Source: Mobilitalea sp. | GTDB taxonomy: Bacteria > Bacillota > Clostridia > Lachnospirales > Lachnospiraceae | DNA length: 64,000 nt | Direction: 5' to 3' | Assembly: GCA_035564175.1 (NCBI GenBank) | Contig: DATMUM010000088.1 | Location: 53,529-117,528, forward strand | Part shown: piece after piece, positions 61,497-64,000 of the stretch | How the letters are laid out: each line of letters opens with the position of its first letter | Numbering within the stretch: the stretch's first letter is position 1 | The notes under the pieces: model-generated | The model's input: the letters and a program-made list of their open reading frames with translations, nothing else | The model's database searches: none | Told to the model about the DNA's origin: nothing | Position numbers and translations under genes: made by a program

Positions 61497-62573
61497 ATGA
61501 AAAAGAAGTTATTCAGTGTATTGTTGTGTGTAGTTTTATTTGCTTCCCTGTTAAGTGGATGCAGCAAAGACACATCAACCTCATCAAATGCTAAGAAAAT
61601 CGGTGTTGCAATGCCTACAAAAGACTTACAGCGTTGGAACCAGGACGGTGACAACATGAAAAAATCTCTGGAAGCTGCCGGCTATGAAGTTGACTTGCAG
61701 TATGCGAGCAATGATATCGCTACTCAGGTTTCCCAGATTGAGAATATGATTACCGGTGGATGCGACGTATTAGTTATTGCTTCCATCGACGGCGGATCTT
61801 TAGGTACTGTTTTAAAAGAAGCGAAAGAAAAGAAAATCCCTGTAATCGCATATGACCGTCTTATCATGGATACCGATGCTGTTTCTTATTATGCAACCTT
61901 CGATAATTACATGGTAGGTACCATCCAGGGTCAGTATATCGTTGATACATTGGATCTTGAGAACCAGGCAGGCCCCTTCAATATCGAGTTATTCACAGGT
62001 TCACCGGATGATAACAACGCTCGTTTCTTCTTTGGCGGCGCTATGGATATCTTAACTCCTTATATCGAAAGCGGTAAGTTAAATGTTGTATCCGGACAGA
62101 AGTCTTTTGAAGAAGTAGCAACCTTAAACTGGTCTACAGAAGAAGCTCAGAAGAGAATGGAAAACCTGATCACAGCTTACTATGCTGACGGTACAAAGCT
62201 TGACGTTGTATATTCCTCTAATGACTCCTGCGCTATCGGTATAACCAACGCATTAGTTAACGCTGGTTACACCAAGGATAACTTCCCGATCGTAACCGGT
62301 CAGGACTGCGATATTACCTCTGTTAAGAACATTCTTGCAGGAACCCAGTCCATGTCCATCTTCAAGGATACACGTACTTTAGCAGCTAAGGTTGTTGAGA
62401 TGGTTACAGCAATCGTGAAAGGAACCGAAGTTGCTGTTAACGATACCAAGACTTATGATAACGGAACCGGTATCATTCCTACCTACCTCTGCGAGCCAGT
62501 ATTTGCTGATGTAAATAATTACAAGGAATTATTAATTGACTCCGGCTATTATAAAGAGGATCAGTTAAAATAG
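61497..62573 (+). CDS. chvE: Multiple-monosaccharide ABC binding lipoprotein (ChvE-like)
   Basis: AMPTK..QRW..DG, Q.SQIENMI, YYATFDN, GSPDDNNA, IFKDTR. Confidence 0.9.
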   Translation: MKKKLFSVLLCVVLFASLLSGCSKDTSTSSNAKKIGVAMPTKDLQRWNQDGDNMKKSLEAAGYEVDLQYASNDIATQVSQIENMITGGCDVLVIASIDGGSLGTVLKEAKEKKIPVIAYDRLIMDTDAVSYYATFDNYMVGTIQGQYIVDTLDLENQAGPFNIELFTGSPDDNNARFFFGGAMDILTPYIESGKLNVVSGQKSFEEVATLNWSTEEAQKRMENLITAYYADGTKLDVVYSSNDSCAIGITNALVNAGYTKDNFPIVTGQDCDITSVKNILAGTQSMSIFKDTRTLAAKVVEMVTAIVKGTEVAVNDTKTYDNGTGIIPTYLCEPVFADVNNYKELLIDSGYYKEDQLK

Positions 62574-62586
62574 TCAACACACAGAT

Positions 62587-62628
62587 TAGGGTGTTGTAGA
62601 TGTTAGCCATACTGCAGCACCCTACTTT
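62587..62628 (+). terminator. Stem-loop after binding-protein gene
   Basis: TAGGGTGTTGTAG...CTGCAGCACCCTA-CTTT. Confidence 0.65.
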
Positions 62629-62670
62629 CTCATGTAAAACTTGTTTCGATGAAATAGAGGAGGGGTTCTA

Positions 62671-64000
62671 TTGGCTGCAATATTATTGGAAATGAAAAAT
62701 ATTACCAAACGCTTCCCCGGAGTCAAAGCATTAGATAATGTCAACCTTCGGGTAGAAGAAGGTGAAATCCATGCACTTGTAGGAGAAAATGGTGCTGGCA
62801 AATCAACATTAATGAATGTACTAAGCGGCATTTATCCGCATGGAAGCTATGAAGGAGAAATCCTGTATCAAGGTGAAGAATGTAAATTTAATGTAATCAA
62901 GGATAGTGAAAAAAAGGGTATCGTAATCATACATCAGGAATTAGCCTTAGTTCCTTATATGACAATCGGTGAGAATATGTTTCTTGGTAACGAGCGGGGA
63001 TCGGCAATCAGTATTAACTGGGAGGATACCTACAGCAAGGCAGATGACCTGTTAAAGACAGTCGGACTGCATGAATCATCAAGGACATTAATTAAGGATA
63101 TCGGAGTCGGTAAACAGCAGTTGGTTGAGATTGCAAAAGCTCTTGCGAAGCATGTAAAGCTTTTCATCCTTGATGAACCTACCGCATCCCTGAATGAAGC
63201 TGACTCCCGAAAATTACTCGATTTATTATTAAAGTTCAAAAAGGAAGGATTAACATCGATAATTATTTCTCATAAGTTGAATGAGATTTCATATGTAGCT
63301 GATAAGATTACAGTAATACGTGACGGATCTACGATAGAAACACTGGATAATAAAGCAGAGGTAATCAGTGAAGAACGGATTATCCGCGGTATGGTTGGAC
63401 GTACCATGACAGACCGTTTCCCGAAGAGGGAGAAGGTACCGGTTACGGAGACGAATCTTGAGGTAAGGAACTGGACGGTATATCATCCGCTCTATAGTGG
63501 ACGTAAGGTAGTCGATAATGTGTCACTTCATGTCAGAAAAGGTGAAGTAGTAGGTATTGCAGGACTCATGGGCGCTGGTCGCACTGAGCTTGCACTGAGT
63601 ATCTTCGGCAAAAGCTATGGTGTTAATGTCACCGGCTCCCTCTTGCTGAACGGTAAAGAAGCTAAGCTGAACAATTCAAGGCAGGCAATTGAGAATAAAC
63701 TGGCATATATTACGGAGGATCGTAAAGGGGACGGCTTAGTACTTTCCAACCCGATCCGTGTAAATACAACACTGGCAAAAATGGATAAGGTAAGTCATTA
63801 CGGTATTATTGACAGCCATCTGGAAACAACAGCAGCGAATGATTATTCACAAAAACTCAGAACAAAATGTACTTCCACAGAGCAGGTGGTTGGTAACTTA
63901 AGTGGTGGTAACCAGCAGAAGGTATTAATCAGTAAGTGGATGTTCGCAAATCCGGATATCATGATCCTGGATGAGCCGACCAGAGGCATTGATGTCGGTG
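62671..64000 (+). CDS. Monosaccharide ABC ATP-binding protein (GguA/MmsA/XylG-like), runs off window
   Basis: TTG start after GAGGAGG; [59 protein letters not shown]. Confidence 0.93.
   Translation, partial: MAAILLEMKNITKRFPGVKALDNVNLRVEEGEIHALVGENGAGKSTLMNVLSGIYPHGSYEGEILYQGEECKFNVIKDSEKKGIVIIHQELALVPYMTIGENMFLGNERGSAISINWEDTYSKADDLLKTVGLHESSRTLIKDIGVGKQQLVEIAKALAKHVKLFILDEPTASLNEADSRKLLDLLLKFKKEGLTSIIISHKLNEISYVADKITVIRDGSTIETLDNKAEVISEERIIRGMVGRTMTDRFPKREKVPVTETNLEVRNWTVYHPLYSGRKVVDNVSLHVRKGEVVGIAGLMGAGRTELALSIFGKSYGVNVTGSLLLNGKEAKLNNSRQAIENKLAYITEDRKGDGLVLSNPIRVNTTLAKMDKVSHYGIIDSHLETTAANDYSQKLRTKCTSTEQVVGNLSGGNQQKVLISKWMFANPDIMILDEPTRGIDVG

Overview
A low-GC Firmicute chromosome segment whose gene content and order resemble Lachnospiraceae (Anaerocolumna/Mobilitalea/Herbinix-like; taxonomy inferred). 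In order, it carries: a spermidine/putrescine ABC operon with an XRE-cupin regulator, aroC, small sporulation-type genes, a galactan utilisation locus (ABC + GH35 + GH53), xylA, ferritin/rubredoxin, a desulfurase-TtcA-TcdA tRNA-modification cluster, Re-citrate synthase/isocitrate dehydrogenase/GntR, an ABC-F ATPase, BlaI/BlaR1-like genes, rex-acpS-nnr-alr-mazF, rlmH, a two-component + sugar ABC locus with Nif3 and esterase genes, cspA, an amidase and a XylFII-LytS-YesN/ChvE-type sugar sensing and uptake cluster running off the right end. No rRNA, tRNA, CRISPR array or intact mobile element is visible. The most striking unexplained signal is a pair of tandem, mutually similar candidate small RNAs on the minus strand at about 40.3-40.66 kb. 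They share a 5' hairpin and C-rich anti-Shine-Dalgarno tracts, each ends in a terminator, and both promoters have the same CAYA-N7-CAYA-N9-(-10) geometry, as in two-component-controlled sibling sRNAs. Other points are an orphan MazF, a leader-peptide attenuator before a CD3324-like gene, a Cys/Gly-rich small protein, a group IIC intron remnant and many deletion-scarred pseudogenes. All calls come from reading the sequence by eye; no searches were run.
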